Source: a virus
Lineage: Duplodnaviria; Caudoviricetes
Length of the DNA stretch: 64,000 nt
Reading direction: 5' to 3' (one strand)
IMG/VR virus record: IMGVR_UViG_3300021085_002857
Span: 1 to 64,000 of that record
Shown here: positions 18,795 to 29,487 of the stretch, piece by piece
Layout: each line of letters opens with the position of its first letter
How positions within the stretch are numbered: position 1 is the stretch's first letter
Made by a program: the position numbers and the translations under genes
The notes under the pieces: generated by a model
Databases searched by the model: none
What the model saw: only the letters and a program-made list of their open reading frames with translations
What the model was told of the DNA's origin: nothing

Positions 18795-20224
18795 TATAAT
18801 ATTCCTGACATTTGTTTTATATTTACATAACTGTGATAAAAACCTGTTGGAGTATCTCCAGTAAAGTAAAGATTTTTATTAGTTACCATTAAATCGTTAA
18901 TCAAGTTTAAAAATGATGTCTGAGCAGTGAACCCTTTTGTGTTCATATAATTAATCTCATAACTCCAAATGTTACTTGTTTGTAAAAATACATTTTTATC
19001 TGTACCTATACTATTTATTAGCCCTTTATTATCTCTAACGATATCAATATTAAGTATTACATGTTCTAATTTTTTAATTTTATCCCAATATTCTAACCAT
19101 TGTTCTTCATTATCCCAACTATCCTCAAATTCTTGTACACTTTCTTCTTCATATATAATACATTCATCATTATGAAAACCCCACTCTACAATTTTATGTC
19201 TATTTTTACTTACAAAGTCTCTAAAGTTTTTACCATCCCAATGATTTAAGACATATCGCATCCACTTGTTAGAGTACTCATTAAAATCAAACCATACAAC
19301 TTTTTCAAGTGTATCTATTGCATTTGTCATATGTTTAAATTGACTTAATCCACTGCAAGGCACAGCCATAACTTCTATGGGTATATTCATTTCTCTTTCG
19401 TCAGGTACGTTTTCAGTATTAGTAATATACATTATATCGCTACCCATCATTTTAAATCCATATAGCTCTCTTTTATCTTCATGTATTTCTGAAAAATAAA
19501 ATTCTCTTGCGTCAGGTCTTTTTCCCCAATCAGGATCAAGTAACCATTTTTTAGTATGTTCGATATCATCTTCTGGATAACAGCAATATTTGTTGTTACG
19601 TACTGCATATGGAAGATTGTGTACATATAAGTTATTGTTTAGTGCGATAGGAATAAGTGCATCAAATTCGTCTCCATAAAAATCCAAAGTATCATAAGTT
19701 TTTTCTACTGGCTGTAAATATAAAGGAGTATAATTATCATGTATACATTCTTCACTAGGAATAAAACCTGGAAAGTGATCTTGGTTCCAAGAAAGTTCAG
19801 TTAATTCAAGTTCAATTAATCTTTTAAGATTGATCACAATACATTGCTTATGCCATTTAGGTGCTTTTGCACTTTCAAGTCTGTCTATAATATGTCCTGC
19901 ACAAAGCCAATTGTCTCCCCATTCTTCCATACATTTTAAAAGCTCTGTATCAAATTCATTTTGGCTGGCCCATGAACCATCAAACCATATTACAGCAGCT
20001 TTAAAATTCATTGCATGTAGATGCTTAAATAACTTGCCTTTGTCAATATCCCATCCGTTCGATTTGACAAAACACTCTCTACTATTATTAATAAAATTAA
20101 TTTGTGCAATCTTTTTAAGTTTGCTTACAAGCTCATGCTCATTTTTCAATTCTTCAATTAAAATATCTTCAAAAGTACAATGAGCTATATTTGTATACTC
20201 ACCAATCTTCATATATAAGTTCAT
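18794..20224 (-). CDS. hypothetical protein, paralog of 20221-21675
   Basis: AVIWFDGSW, WLCAGHI, YITNTE, VVWFDF, SNIWSY shared with neighbour. Confidence 0.75.
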   Translation of the reverse strand: MNLYMKIGEYTNIAHCTFEDILIEELKNEHELVSKLKKIAQINFINNSRECFVKSNGWDIDKGKLFKHLHAMNFKAAVIWFDGSWASQNEFDTELLKCMEEWGDNWLCAGHIIDRLESAKAPKWHKQCIVINLKRLIELELTELSWNQDHFPGFIPSEECIHDNYTPLYLQPVEKTYDTLDFYGDEFDALIPIALNNNLYVHNLPYAVRNNKYCCYPEDDIEHTKKWLLDPDWGKRPDAREFYFSEIHEDKRELYGFKMMGSDIMYITNTENVPDEREMNIPIEVMAVPCSGLSQFKHMTNAIDTLEKVVWFDFNEYSNKWMRYVLNHWDGKNFRDFVSKNRHKIVEWGFHNDECIIYEEESVQEFEDSWDNEEQWLEYWDKIKKLEHVILNIDIVRDNKGLINSIGTDKNVFLQTSNIWSYEINYMNTKGFTAQTSFLNLINDLMVTNKNLYFTGDTPTGFYHSYVNIKQMSGIL

Positions 20225-21675
20225 TCTTCTAATCCTGCTATTAAATTATTGGTGGCACTTCCTATTACACGAGCTGGACACATTAAATCTGCATCATTTA
20301 CATCTGTACCACTGTACCAGCTGTCATTATTTGTTTTTTGTATTCGTTCTATTAAATTCATAAAGCTACGTTCCAATACAAAGGGTTTTGATAATATTTT
20401 TGGAATTATGTAACTATAAATGTTACTTCCCCAAAAAAATGTCCTTAAATTTTGCAATTTAGCAAAAAGTTGTTCTTGATCCTGTATTAAATCAGCCTGT
20501 ACAACAGTATGATCACAAAAACTAACTTGTGTCCAGAAATTCTGCCAACTTTGTTGCCCTCCAAATTGATCAACTATACTTGGCCAACGCTCTTTAGTTA
20601 AATCAAGTAAATCTTTGTTAACATCAGGATTATTTTCACACCATTGCTCTACCCATGCAGGATAATCCTCACCATCCCACATTTTTAGTGTATCTCTTTT
20701 AAATTGCACACTGTCTTTATCAAAATCGAACCAGACAAAGCGAGTAAATCCTGGATTGACTCCATACTTGTAAGCATAATACAATAGTTTGAAGCCTGCG
20801 GTTGGTCCTACGTACTGATCAAACACAGTATTTTCCAATAACCTACTAGTTGTGGGCGCACTTGGCTCTGTGTTACAAAAATATATTGGGCTACTTGGTA
20901 TATTCATACTATCCAAGAGCTTTTTACCTTGAAAACTTACCTCGTTAGGGTCATGAAACTCTCCACTAAGTCCTCTCTCAAGTTCATCTGCACCTAGCCA
21001 AGGCTTAATTAAAGTAACAGTGTCCATTAATGCATCACTAATACCCCATACTTTTAGATTACGCAACAGGCTATATTGTATCCAACTAGTTGCCCATACG
21101 TCTTGATTGATATATTGGTATTCTTCTTCTTTTTTCCATTTACCATCCGCAGGTGCAAGATAGTATGCACTATCCTCCCATGTTCTGCCACTTTCGTCAG
21201 GCATAAAGTTTGGATGTCTTGCTGGTTCCCATAATGGACCTACCTGATGTTCTACCCATTTGGCTAAGTTTACAATAACAAAACTACGATTAAAGTAAGG
21301 ATATATTCCTTTTCTATCTACTTGTATTTGTCCTGCTACCATCCATTCAGGGTCTTGTTCATTATAGCTATCTATTTCATCTGCTAATAATAAATTAAAA
21401 TCTTCAGTAGCTGGCCATGCACCATCAAACCAAACCACTGCATATCTATAATCAGCACTGTGCATTGATATCATCCAACTTGTGTCAAACATATTATATA
21501 AGTTTACAATACCTCCTCGTAGATGATTATTACATTCTACATTTTGAATTGTTTGTAATTTTTGTTTAAGAACTGCATGTGTGTTTAAATGTGGATCTCT
21601 GTCTATAAAAGCATGCACAATAGGCCATGCATGTTCTGTATGGGAGTAACTCCAGTTTTGTTGGCCTTGTATCAT
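20221..21675 (-). CDS. hypothetical protein, paralog of 18794-20224
   Basis: AVVWFDGAW, WMVAGQI, YFCNTE, FVWFDF, SNIYSY. Confidence 0.75.
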   Translation of the reverse strand: MIQGQQNWSYSHTEHAWPIVHAFIDRDPHLNTHAVLKQKLQTIQNVECNNHLRGGIVNLYNMFDTSWMISMHSADYRYAVVWFDGAWPATEDFNLLLADEIDSYNEQDPEWMVAGQIQVDRKGIYPYFNRSFVIVNLAKWVEHQVGPLWEPARHPNFMPDESGRTWEDSAYYLAPADGKWKKEEEYQYINQDVWATSWIQYSLLRNLKVWGISDALMDTVTLIKPWLGADELERGLSGEFHDPNEVSFQGKKLLDSMNIPSSPIYFCNTEPSAPTTSRLLENTVFDQYVGPTAGFKLLYYAYKYGVNPGFTRFVWFDFDKDSVQFKRDTLKMWDGEDYPAWVEQWCENNPDVNKDLLDLTKERWPSIVDQFGGQQSWQNFWTQVSFCDHTVVQADLIQDQEQLFAKLQNLRTFFWGSNIYSYIIPKILSKPFVLERSFMNLIERIQKTNNDSWYSGTDVNDADLMCPARVIGSATNNLIAGLEE

Positions 21676-22895
21676 TTATTATTCTCCGCTACTATATCCA
21701 TACCTTCTAATTTAATTCCAAGATAATTTTTAACCATACTTTTTAGCGTGGCTTCATTTGGATATCTGTTTTCTATGTCTCTTGTATATTTTCTCATGCG
21801 GGCATATATCATATACCGCTGTGTATTATTTTCCATATACGTTGCAAACCTATCCATTTCAGGATGTCTCGATTCTGCTTCTCTTAATGTACTTATTATA
21901 CTTTCTCTGTACTCTCCGTGCCATACTGCTGGGCTTAGATAGTTGGGTGTTTGTAATATGTTTGCAGTAATAAATTTTAAGTCTACTGGACTTTCTTTCC
22001 AGAAGTCATAAAATTCAGGCATTTGATATACATTGTGTGCCTGTACTGTAATTCCTGCTGCAAGATCGATCCCGTCAATATCATTCAATATACACATATT
22101 TTCATATACTGTATCCCAATCGCCATCCTGTCTAATGTAGTTGTATACATCTCCGATTCCATCCATACTTACTTTTATGTTAACATGTTTAAACTGTGAC
22201 CATATTTTTACTAAGTCATATTTTTTAAATTTTATATAACTTAGATTACTTGCATATCGTAGTCTAATTTTTGACTTAACTTCTGCAGGAATACCTTCCA
22301 ACAGGTCGTAATGCTCTTTGTTAATAATAGGTTCACCACCTGTAAATTGTAGAGTATGTACATGATCCCAAAGATCAGGCCATTCATTTAAACTTGCAAA
22401 CAAATCTGTTGGACGCAATAGACGTGTTTCATATCCATCCTTGGTGTACTTGCTTATAATGTCTAAGTCTGCTACACGCTTATAAGAGCTGTGTGTACTA
22501 CACATAATACACTTTAGGTTACAGAAGTTACTTACTTTAAGTTCTACCCAAATAGGATCGTTGTTTACACTAAAGTCATCATTAACACTAATAAGATCAC
22601 TAAATTCTTCCCAATTGTCATTCTCCCATTGCAGTCTATTACTCACAATACCACTGTCTTCATTGTGCCAACATACATTGCATCTTTCAGGTCTTTCACT
22701 ATTAGCTAATGCTCTGCGTAATTCTTTATAGTTCTCATTATTCCATGACTCTAATGCAGTCTCTCCAGGATTGTTCAAAGCTGTCTCTTGCGCTTCACAG
22801 CAAGGAACCATATTTCCTCCTGCACTACCATAAATGTGCATAAAAGGAAGCATACAAAATGTACTACTACTTTTTAATTTACTTTTATCTATCAC
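21672..22895 (-). CDS. N-terminal-twitch radical SAM protein
   Basis: FCMLPF, VPCC, CNVC, CNLKCIMC, GGEP, VSMDG, YNYIR. Confidence 0.92.
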   Translation of the reverse strand: MIDKSKLKSSSTFCMLPFMHIYGSAGGNMVPCCEAQETALNNPGETALESWNNENYKELRRALANSERPERCNVCWHNEDSGIVSNRLQWENDNWEEFSDLISVNDDFSVNNDPIWVELKVSNFCNLKCIMCSTHSSYKRVADLDIISKYTKDGYETRLLRPTDLFASLNEWPDLWDHVHTLQFTGGEPIINKEHYDLLEGIPAEVKSKIRLRYASNLSYIKFKKYDLVKIWSQFKHVNIKVSMDGIGDVYNYIRQDGDWDTVYENMCILNDIDGIDLAAGITVQAHNVYQMPEFYDFWKESPVDLKFITANILQTPNYLSPAVWHGEYRESIISTLREAESRHPEMDRFATYMENNTQRYMIYARMRKYTRDIENRYPNEATLKSMVKNYLGIKLEGMDIVAENNK

Positions 22896-24106
22896 AGCTG
22901 ATTATCTTCTTTCCAAATAATTTCTTTACCTTGTTCCCAATTTACTCCAGGACTTTTAAATTCCAACAGTTGTTTAAATTTTGGCAAGTCGTTAATTGTT
23001 AATCCTCTTAACCTTAATACTCTTTTAATTTTATCAATATGCTCCATTGCTTTATCTTCCATACCATTATGCTTTGTTAGTTGCTGTAATAGTTTTTGAG
23101 CAGGTCGTATTTTTCCTGGCTTTATAGTTTCATTAAATTGCATATTAATAGTATATCTTAAGTTGTCTTTAAACCAATCAGGATAATGTAGTATGCTCAT
23201 GTAATTGGGCTCGTACACAGTTTGTAGTATTACATCAATATCTTTCACAACTTTAGCCCAATACATAAACTCATACATATAAGGAGCATTGATTGCTCCT
23301 ACTGTTGTTGCAGTTGCAATGCTTACTTTTTCTGGATATTTTGTTCTCATATCTATCCATTGGTCCAAAACACCTTCTACTTTATCCCATTTACTTGGAA
23401 ATCTTAATACATCATTACATTGTCCAATGCTGTCAATACTTGGTCGTATACGTAATTCTTTAAATTGCAGTAGTGCATCATAATCTGCTTTCTTTGGCCA
23501 CCAAGTACAATTAGTAAATATTTCCAAATGTATTTGTGGTGCAATGCCAGCTTCAGCTAAACGTACTACGAAACTTAAAAATTGTCGATGTAAAAAAGGC
23601 TCACCGCCTGTAACTTTTATATGTCTTAGACCCTGGAGCATATCAACATTAATATTATCAAGGTCCAATTCTTGAACCTCTTTTAATTTTTTAATATAGT
23701 CAGGTGTTTCCATTTTAAGTTTTAAAATGTCCTCGTCCCAAGTATGACTAAATTCAGGACCACAACTCATACATTTGAGGTTACATAATCTACCCACAGT
23801 AATTTCTAGATACTGTAATTCAGTACTATCAGTAAAGTCATCAAAGAACTCATCTGCTTCAGTTCGCATACTACTACCTTTGGTTTCCTCGTCTGCTTTA
23901 CATTTGTAGCAACCAGGATGCCATTCATTTTTTAACATAGTTTCTCTAATATCAGCAAATGTTGCACCAAAGGCTTCCACAGACTCTGTGTCGCTGTCAT
24001 CTAAAAATCTATGATGAAAACGACAACAAGGTGTTGCAGGTAAGCCATGCATAAGCATAGCACCTTTAAATGGGTAAACACATGCGTTTTTAGGTAAATT
24101 AGTCAT
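22892..24106 (-). CDS. N-terminal-twitch radical SAM protein
   Basis: ACVYPF, TPCC, CYKC, CNLKCMSC, GGEP, PSID; start reassigned to MTNLPK. Confidence 0.9.
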   Translation of the reverse strand: MTNLPKNACVYPFKGAMLMHGLPATPCCRFHHRFLDDSDTESVEAFGATFADIRETMLKNEWHPGCYKCKADEETKGSSMRTEADEFFDDFTDSTELQYLEITVGRLCNLKCMSCGPEFSHTWDEDILKLKMETPDYIKKLKEVQELDLDNINVDMLQGLRHIKVTGGEPFLHRQFLSFVVRLAEAGIAPQIHLEIFTNCTWWPKKADYDALLQFKELRIRPSIDSIGQCNDVLRFPSKWDKVEGVLDQWIDMRTKYPEKVSIATATTVGAINAPYMYEFMYWAKVVKDIDVILQTVYEPNYMSILHYPDWFKDNLRYTINMQFNETIKPGKIRPAQKLLQQLTKHNGMEDKAMEHIDKIKRVLRLRGLTINDLPKFKQLLEFKSPGVNWEQGKEIIWKEDNQL

Positions 24107-25034
24107 TAAATGTACCTGATTTTTTATAACGTTTAACTGCATCTCTGATATTAACTCTATGGTATTGTCTATCTCGTTGGAACATTTCCCACTCTTTTGT
24201 CATAGGTGCTGTTGCAATATGTACTGTATTACTTGGAGTCAGCCCATAATGTTCACAAACTGCATTGTGTGCATCTTTATATTTTTTAGGTACTGCGTCT
24301 GGGGTAAAATGCTCAAACAAGAAATTAGCTATACTTGTATGTAAATGTATGCCGTGATTCCATTCTGTTTGTACACTTAATGCACCTTCGTCTATCCTAC
24401 TAAAAACAATACCACTGCGCCAATTGCCACAGCTAAGTCCCTTGGTTGTACTAAATGCAGCCATTGTAATACATGGTTGATCCAAATCTACTTCAAGTCC
24501 ATGACATGTTCCAAACCATGCACAGTCTACAAATACAGGAATATTTAAACTATTGCAGGTTTCCATCATGTTATCCCACTCATCATGCTTGCCGCCTGTA
24601 CCACTAAATGGCAAACTAATAATAAGAGCATCTCCCTTTTGTAATGGATTATCATCTACATATCTTTTATTACGCCATTCTTCTTCCAGTAGTACATCTC
24701 TATTATAAGGATATTCTCCTCTATACATACGCAAATTGAGACCATTTGCCATACAGTAATAATGCCACCAATCCAGGCCTTGTGTTGTACCTAAGCTAAC
24801 AAATTTGTAAGGAAACTTTTCCATTCCTGTAAATTTATTCATCTTACTGCTACTAATCCACTCTGGATAGACATTTAAAAATTTCTGACTTGCATCGCTG
24901 ATCTCAGAAATATCTATATTACGAAAAAATCCTTCTTCTAATTTATCAAAGAAAGGTTGGTTCCAAATACTGTTGCCGTGATTTGCAAAATCACTGTTTT
25001 TAATTGTTTGATTTTTAGGCGGTTTCTTTGCCAT
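24099..25034 (-). CDS. PLP-dependent aminotransferase-like enzyme (fold type I)
   Basis: VFVDCAW (PLP Asp) and FSTTKGLSCGNWRSG (Schiff-base Lys, S-x-T-K...G-x-R-x-G). Confidence 0.75.
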   Translation of the reverse strand: MAKKPPKNQTIKNSDFANHGNSIWNQPFFDKLEEGFFRNIDISEISDASQKFLNVYPEWISSSKMNKFTGMEKFPYKFVSLGTTQGLDWWHYYCMANGLNLRMYRGEYPYNRDVLLEEEWRNKRYVDDNPLQKGDALIISLPFSGTGGKHDEWDNMMETCNSLNIPVFVDCAWFGTCHGLEVDLDQPCITMAAFSTTKGLSCGNWRSGIVFSRIDEGALSVQTEWNHGIHLHTSIANFLFEHFTPDAVPKKYKDAHNAVCEHYGLTPSNTVHIATAPMTKEWEMFQRDRQYHRVNIRDAVKRYKKSGTFND

Positions 25035-26310
25035 CTATTAACTCCCTATATGGTGATAATTCCTCTACTAGGCTAAATGTATCTGTGCCATTTAGTCTAT
25101 CAAGGTCAGCTGTATACTGTAAGTAACGCTGCCACCAACGTTTTTGTTCTTTTTCTTCTACTTCTCGTTGTAGACCTTTTCTTATATCCGCTATACCTGT
25201 TTGATATTCAAATACATCTGAATGCACACTATTAAGCGGCCAAATTGTACTTGTAGGTATATCTTTAATTTTTTCTATTGCTATTTGTTTTAGCTCGTCA
25301 GGTAAATGTGCAATATTAAGATAAGCAGGCGATACAACTACGTTTGTCATCGCTATACTTGCCTTTTTCCTATGATATTTCGCAAACCATTCCCAAATCT
25401 TATCTAAGTTAAACACATTTGTAGTCATTACTGTAACAGCAAAAACAACTTCTACATTGTCTAGTGCATAAAACTGGTCTACGTTTTTATTTAAATCTTC
25501 CCAAGTAAAATTCTTGCCGCCTCTTATTACACTGTATAATTCATCAGTTGCTTCGATGCTTATTAATAATTCTACATGCTTAAACTCTGCAAAAATATCT
25601 AAAAACTTTTGCTCTACTACTGTAGCATTAGTACTAATATCCAAACTTACCTTGCTTGCAATGTCATTATCTACAAACCATTTAAGAACATTATAACAAT
25701 GTTCATCATAAAGAGGCTCCCCGCCTCTCAATGCTACAGTTTCTAAGTTACGGAAATATTCTGGATTAGCAAATAAGTTATCCATAAAAGTAAAATCATC
25801 AACACCATTGTATCCAATTTGTTGCTCAGTCCAATATTCAGGCATTTCTTTATTAAGTTTTTTGCCTAGTTTACTCCAACCTGTTGACACAAATGGCCCA
25901 CAGTGGATACATGCTAGATTGCATTTGTTACTGAGCGTAAAGTCTAGATATCTAATATCTGGTTCCATATCCCAATCATGCCATTCGCTTTCTATACGTA
26001 AATCATAATCCATTTTATCCCAGAAGAACATACGTCTACTGCGTCCACTTTGTTCTTTCTTTTGACATCCAATGCAATACTCTGGAACGTCTCTGGACCT
26101 ATGCATCTTACGAAGTTCTTTTGCTTTTTTTCCGTACCAAATTTCTTTTAAAGTTTGGTCGTTTATATTACCTAGCTTTTGTTTATAAATGATATCAGGC
26201 ACAACTGCACCTCCCCATTTAATTGTAATCGCATGCCATGGTGCTAAACATGTTGGATACTTTGTATCATCTAAGAACTTATTTCTGTATTCTTTTTTTG
26301 CTTTACTCAT
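25015..26310 (-). CDS. N-terminal-twitch radical SAM protein (second twitch Cys pair replaced by VPD)
   Basis: TCLAPW, VVPD, CIGC, CNLACIHC, GGEP, STN, ISIE. Confidence 0.88.
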   Translation of the reverse strand: MSKAKKEYRNKFLDDTKYPTCLAPWHAITIKWGGAVVPDIIYKQKLGNINDQTLKEIWYGKKAKELRKMHRSRDVPEYCIGCQKKEQSGRSRRMFFWDKMDYDLRIESEWHDWDMEPDIRYLDFTLSNKCNLACIHCGPFVSTGWSKLGKKLNKEMPEYWTEQQIGYNGVDDFTFMDNLFANPEYFRNLETVALRGGEPLYDEHCYNVLKWFVDNDIASKVSLDISTNATVVEQKFLDIFAEFKHVELLISIEATDELYSVIRGGKNFTWEDLNKNVDQFYALDNVEVVFAVTVMTTNVFNLDKIWEWFAKYHRKKASIAMTNVVVSPAYLNIAHLPDELKQIAIEKIKDIPTSTIWPLNSVHSDVFEYQTGIADIRKGLQREVEEKEQKRWWQRYLQYTADLDRLNGTDTFSLVEELSPYRELIDGKETA

Positions 26311-27374
26311 TTACATATTCCACATATATCTCTGCATTGTTTCCACTCTGCATGTTCAATAGCATCATTTAAATCTGATCGCCACCATCCGCCAGCTAGT
26401 AAATCTGGCAAACTTTGATTTTTAAGACTATTATCATTTCTTGCTCTCATAAAACTATCTTCATTAACCATTAGATCTAAATCATGGTTAACAACATCTA
26501 TTCCATACAAACTTGTATGGCAACAAGGCCAAACAGTAGCCCAAGGATCAATTTGGATTTTTCTATCAGTATACCAAGGACATTTATGATCTACTTTGTT
26601 TTCTAATTTGTCATCAATCACATCCGTATAATCATGATAATCTCGCAAATCACTTAAAGGTTTGTCATTTCTATCTTCCCATAAAACATCATATTCATCT
26701 ATGTCATAATGTCCATGTATTTTATAATCTCCGTCTACAGTCTTAATTTCTAAATTGTCACCATGTGTATGTCTTAAATTAAATCCTATACACCCTGAGT
26801 CAAATGCTATTTTCTCTACATCTTTTACTTGGTGTTTGTTGTGTTCAAAACAAGTCATTACAACTTTAGCTCTACCACCACCACTTACAAATGCATTTAT
26901 GTTTTCTATTATTTTATTAAAATCTGTTTTGCGTCTATATATACTATGTGTGTCTTCTAATCCGTCAACAGCAAATACTACTGCGTGGTTACTAAACATT
27001 CTACAAACTTGTCCTAGTTTATTCCAAAACTTCTTGGTACGCATACTGCCATTTGTGTGTATATAAAGTGCAGTTTCTGGATGATAGCGGCAATATGTTT
27101 GTAACATTTCAACTAAATTAGGATGCATCATTGGATCTCCCCAATTACCATTTAATGTAAGTTCAATAATAAACCATCCTCGAGTATCATCTATTACAAG
27201 TCTATTCCATACATCCATGTCAAAATGTTCCATTGGTATTTCTGGCTTAACCATATCACCATCAACATTACGTACACATGCTCCACATCTTGCATTACAG
27301 AAGCTAGTAATATCAACTTGTAAATTGTTAACTACCCTAGCCCAATCCATCCATTCAAAAGTCGACATCAGCAT
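26307..27374 (-). CDS. radical SAM protein with C-terminal twitch (GD-x2-MHP type)
   Basis: CNARCGAC, NGNWGDPMMHP, HTNGS, FAVDGLEDTH, IDPWxxVWPCC, CRDIC. Confidence 0.9.
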   Translation of the reverse strand: MLMSTFEWMDWARVVNNLQVDITSFCNARCGACVRNVDGDMVKPEIPMEHFDMDVWNRLVIDDTRGWFIIELTLNGNWGDPMMHPNLVEMLQTYCRYHPETALYIHTNGSMRTKKFWNKLGQVCRMFSNHAVVFAVDGLEDTHSIYRRKTDFNKIIENINAFVSGGGRAKVVMTCFEHNKHQVKDVEKIAFDSGCIGFNLRHTHGDNLEIKTVDGDYKIHGHYDIDEYDVLWEDRNDKPLSDLRDYHDYTDVIDDKLENKVDHKCPWYTDRKIQIDPWATVWPCCHTSLYGIDVVNHDLDLMVNEDSFMRARNDNSLKNQSLPDLLAGGWWRSDLNDAIEHAEWKQCRDICGICK

Positions 27375-28398
27375 TTTCCTTTCTTTCGTGTGGGCCTATG
27401 CATTGTTCATTACATAAACTCCAAGTCTTATTTTTTATTCCTCCTGCAAGTTCTTTGTTATACCAAGGATCCTGTAGGATTTCTTTCATTGATCTGTGCT
27501 GTAGATTGAGTCTGTCTCTCAGCGTTGTATCTCTTAATTGTATTGTTTCGTTAGGTTTGCCCAATTTGTCATGACCAAATGAATTTAAACTTACCCAACA
27601 ACAAGGCCACAATGTTCCAAAAGGATCAATTTGCACAGAAGCTTCTCTATAGAATACACATGGTGTTGTCTTTCTCTCTTCGTCAAAGCCTCTAATAATA
27701 TCGTTATCAACTGCATACCAAATTTCTTTAAACTTTTTACGTTTTTTGTGTTGTTCAGGTATAGGCAAATCAGCAGTAATAATTTCACCCTTGCTGTTTT
27801 CCATATCGTTACTATTACTTTTTCTTGCTCTAAACACGGCACATCCGTATTCTTCTGCAAGTTTTGCAGCTTCATCTATTTGGTGTATATTATGGTCAAA
27901 CACAGTAAACATCCAGATGCCATATCCACCTGCATCGTTAAATGCTCGCATGTTTTCAACTACTTTATTATAATTTGTTTTTAATCTATATAGTTTATGT
28001 GTATCCTCTAAACCGTCAATACAAAAAACAACATTGCATCTCCAGTTTAAAACTTCTGCCAAAGCAGTCCACCATTTTTTAGTTCTCAGGCTTCCATTAG
28101 TACTAATTTTGATACACATTTCAGGATTGTGTTCTAAACAATATTCTATCATAGGTACTAGATCTGGGTGCATACATGCATCGCCCCAATTACCATTAAA
28201 AAATAATGTTTTTACTCCTATTTCTTTGAAGTCTTTTTCACATAATCTGTTCCAAAGTTGTCTATCAAAATGTTGTAGCTGTAGACCTTTGTGTAATTCT
28301 CCAGTAACACTATCATGTCTCGCACACGCTAAACATGCCGCATTACAATATGTGGTCATGTCTATCTGTATTTCTAAGATTACTTCATCCCATTGCAT
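27355..28398 (-). CDS. radical SAM protein with C-terminal twitch (GD-x2-MHP type)
   Basis: CNAACLAC, NGNWGDACMHP, STNGS, FCIDGLEDTH, IDPFGTLWPCC, CNEQC. Confidence 0.9.
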   Translation of the reverse strand: MQWDEVILEIQIDMTTYCNAACLACARHDSVTGELHKGLQLQHFDRQLWNRLCEKDFKEIGVKTLFFNGNWGDACMHPDLVPMIEYCLEHNPEMCIKISTNGSLRTKKWWTALAEVLNWRCNVVFCIDGLEDTHKLYRLKTNYNKVVENMRAFNDAGGYGIWMFTVFDHNIHQIDEAAKLAEEYGCAVFRARKSNSNDMENSKGEIITADLPIPEQHKKRKKFKEIWYAVDNDIIRGFDEERKTTPCVFYREASVQIDPFGTLWPCCWVSLNSFGHDKLGKPNETIQLRDTTLRDRLNLQHRSMKEILQDPWYNKELAGGIKNKTWSLCNEQCIGPHERKENADVDF

Positions 28399-28400
28399 GG

Positions 28401-29465
28401 TTAATCAATGTACCTTTCACAATCACCTTCTCGTTGAATGTCACTTGTTAAACAGTGAATACCACCATCCCAAAAATACTGATGACGGAATCTCCACACA
28501 ATAGGCTCAATACCATGTGCTTCCATTCTGCGGAAAGCTTCATCATTACGTCCAGTACAGATAACTGTATTCTCGTCTAGTGATAACACGTTAACATCAA
28601 ATACACTTTCATCTGCGTAGCCTACCCAATGCCCTAGCCATTTTTCAACATATTCTTTATAAAAACGGCGCTTGCGAGTATTAAGAAAATCTTCTGGCAT
28701 CTCGTGGTCATCATCTACTTCAATAATATCCCAATGCTTCATTTCTTCTGGAACCCATTTTTTGTTCCAAGTCATTAATACGCCAGGACGTAGTAATGCA
28801 ATTTTTCCATCTACATGTCCACCTACTGGAACATTAAGAAATTTAGTACCAGGATATCTTTGGCTGATTTGTCTTTTCATCCACTCTTTACCTAGTAATG
28901 TGCCTTTACCTTTTTTATTATCTTCTTCCCATGTCTGGCTAAACAATACAGTATCTCCGCATTTAATCATATTAGCCGCATGATACAACACACGCTGATT
29001 AGCACTGTACTGTTCATATGTACTATTGTCTACCATTGCACCTGGCATACTTACCCAATCTGCACCTTGTTTAAACCACTCTACACAATGATCATAATAG
29101 GCAAGATTTTCAAAGTATCTATTATCGCCTCCTGTAAAACATTCAAAGATTGTATGTCCATAAGGCATAAGTGTATCACGTGGCATTAATGGATGGTTAG
29201 GAAAACCACAACTCATCCAAGGTAATTGGATCTGTTCTTGTCCTGTAATTGTAAAAATATTTTTTGGACGTACTACTTCAATGCCTCTATCTTCCAATAG
29301 CTTTGCTAAGATGTCAATATCTTCTGCTGTCTCTTCGAAGATTTGACGCATTACGTCTCTTGTCTCTTGATCTTTATGCCAGTCAAAAGTTTCTGGCGGA
29401 AATGGAGCACCAAGCACAACCCGTTTTAACGGTTGAAACTCGCTCCATGCGTTTACTGATTTCAT
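28401..29465 (-). CDS. amidinotransferase (glycine / inosamine-phosphate amidinotransferase family)
   Basis: NAWSEFQPLKRVVLG, PRD, HVDG, FDVNVL, GGIHC (catalytic Cys); start at ATG 29465 with GAGG RBS. Confidence 0.88.
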   Translation of the reverse strand: MKSVNAWSEFQPLKRVVLGAPFPPETFDWHKDQETRDVMRQIFEETAEDIDILAKLLEDRGIEVVRPKNIFTITGQEQIQLPWMSCGFPNHPLMPRDTLMPYGHTIFECFTGGDNRYFENLAYYDHCVEWFKQGADWVSMPGAMVDNSTYEQYSANQRVLYHAANMIKCGDTVLFSQTWEEDNKKGKGTLLGKEWMKRQISQRYPGTKFLNVPVGGHVDGKIALLRPGVLMTWNKKWVPEEMKHWDIIEVDDDHEMPEDFLNTRKRRFYKEYVEKWLGHWVGYADESVFDVNVLSLDENTVICTGRNDEAFRRMEAHGIEPIVWRFRHQYFWDGGIHCLTSDIQREGDCERYID

Positions 29466-29487
29466 GAAATACCTCAATTTTATTGTC

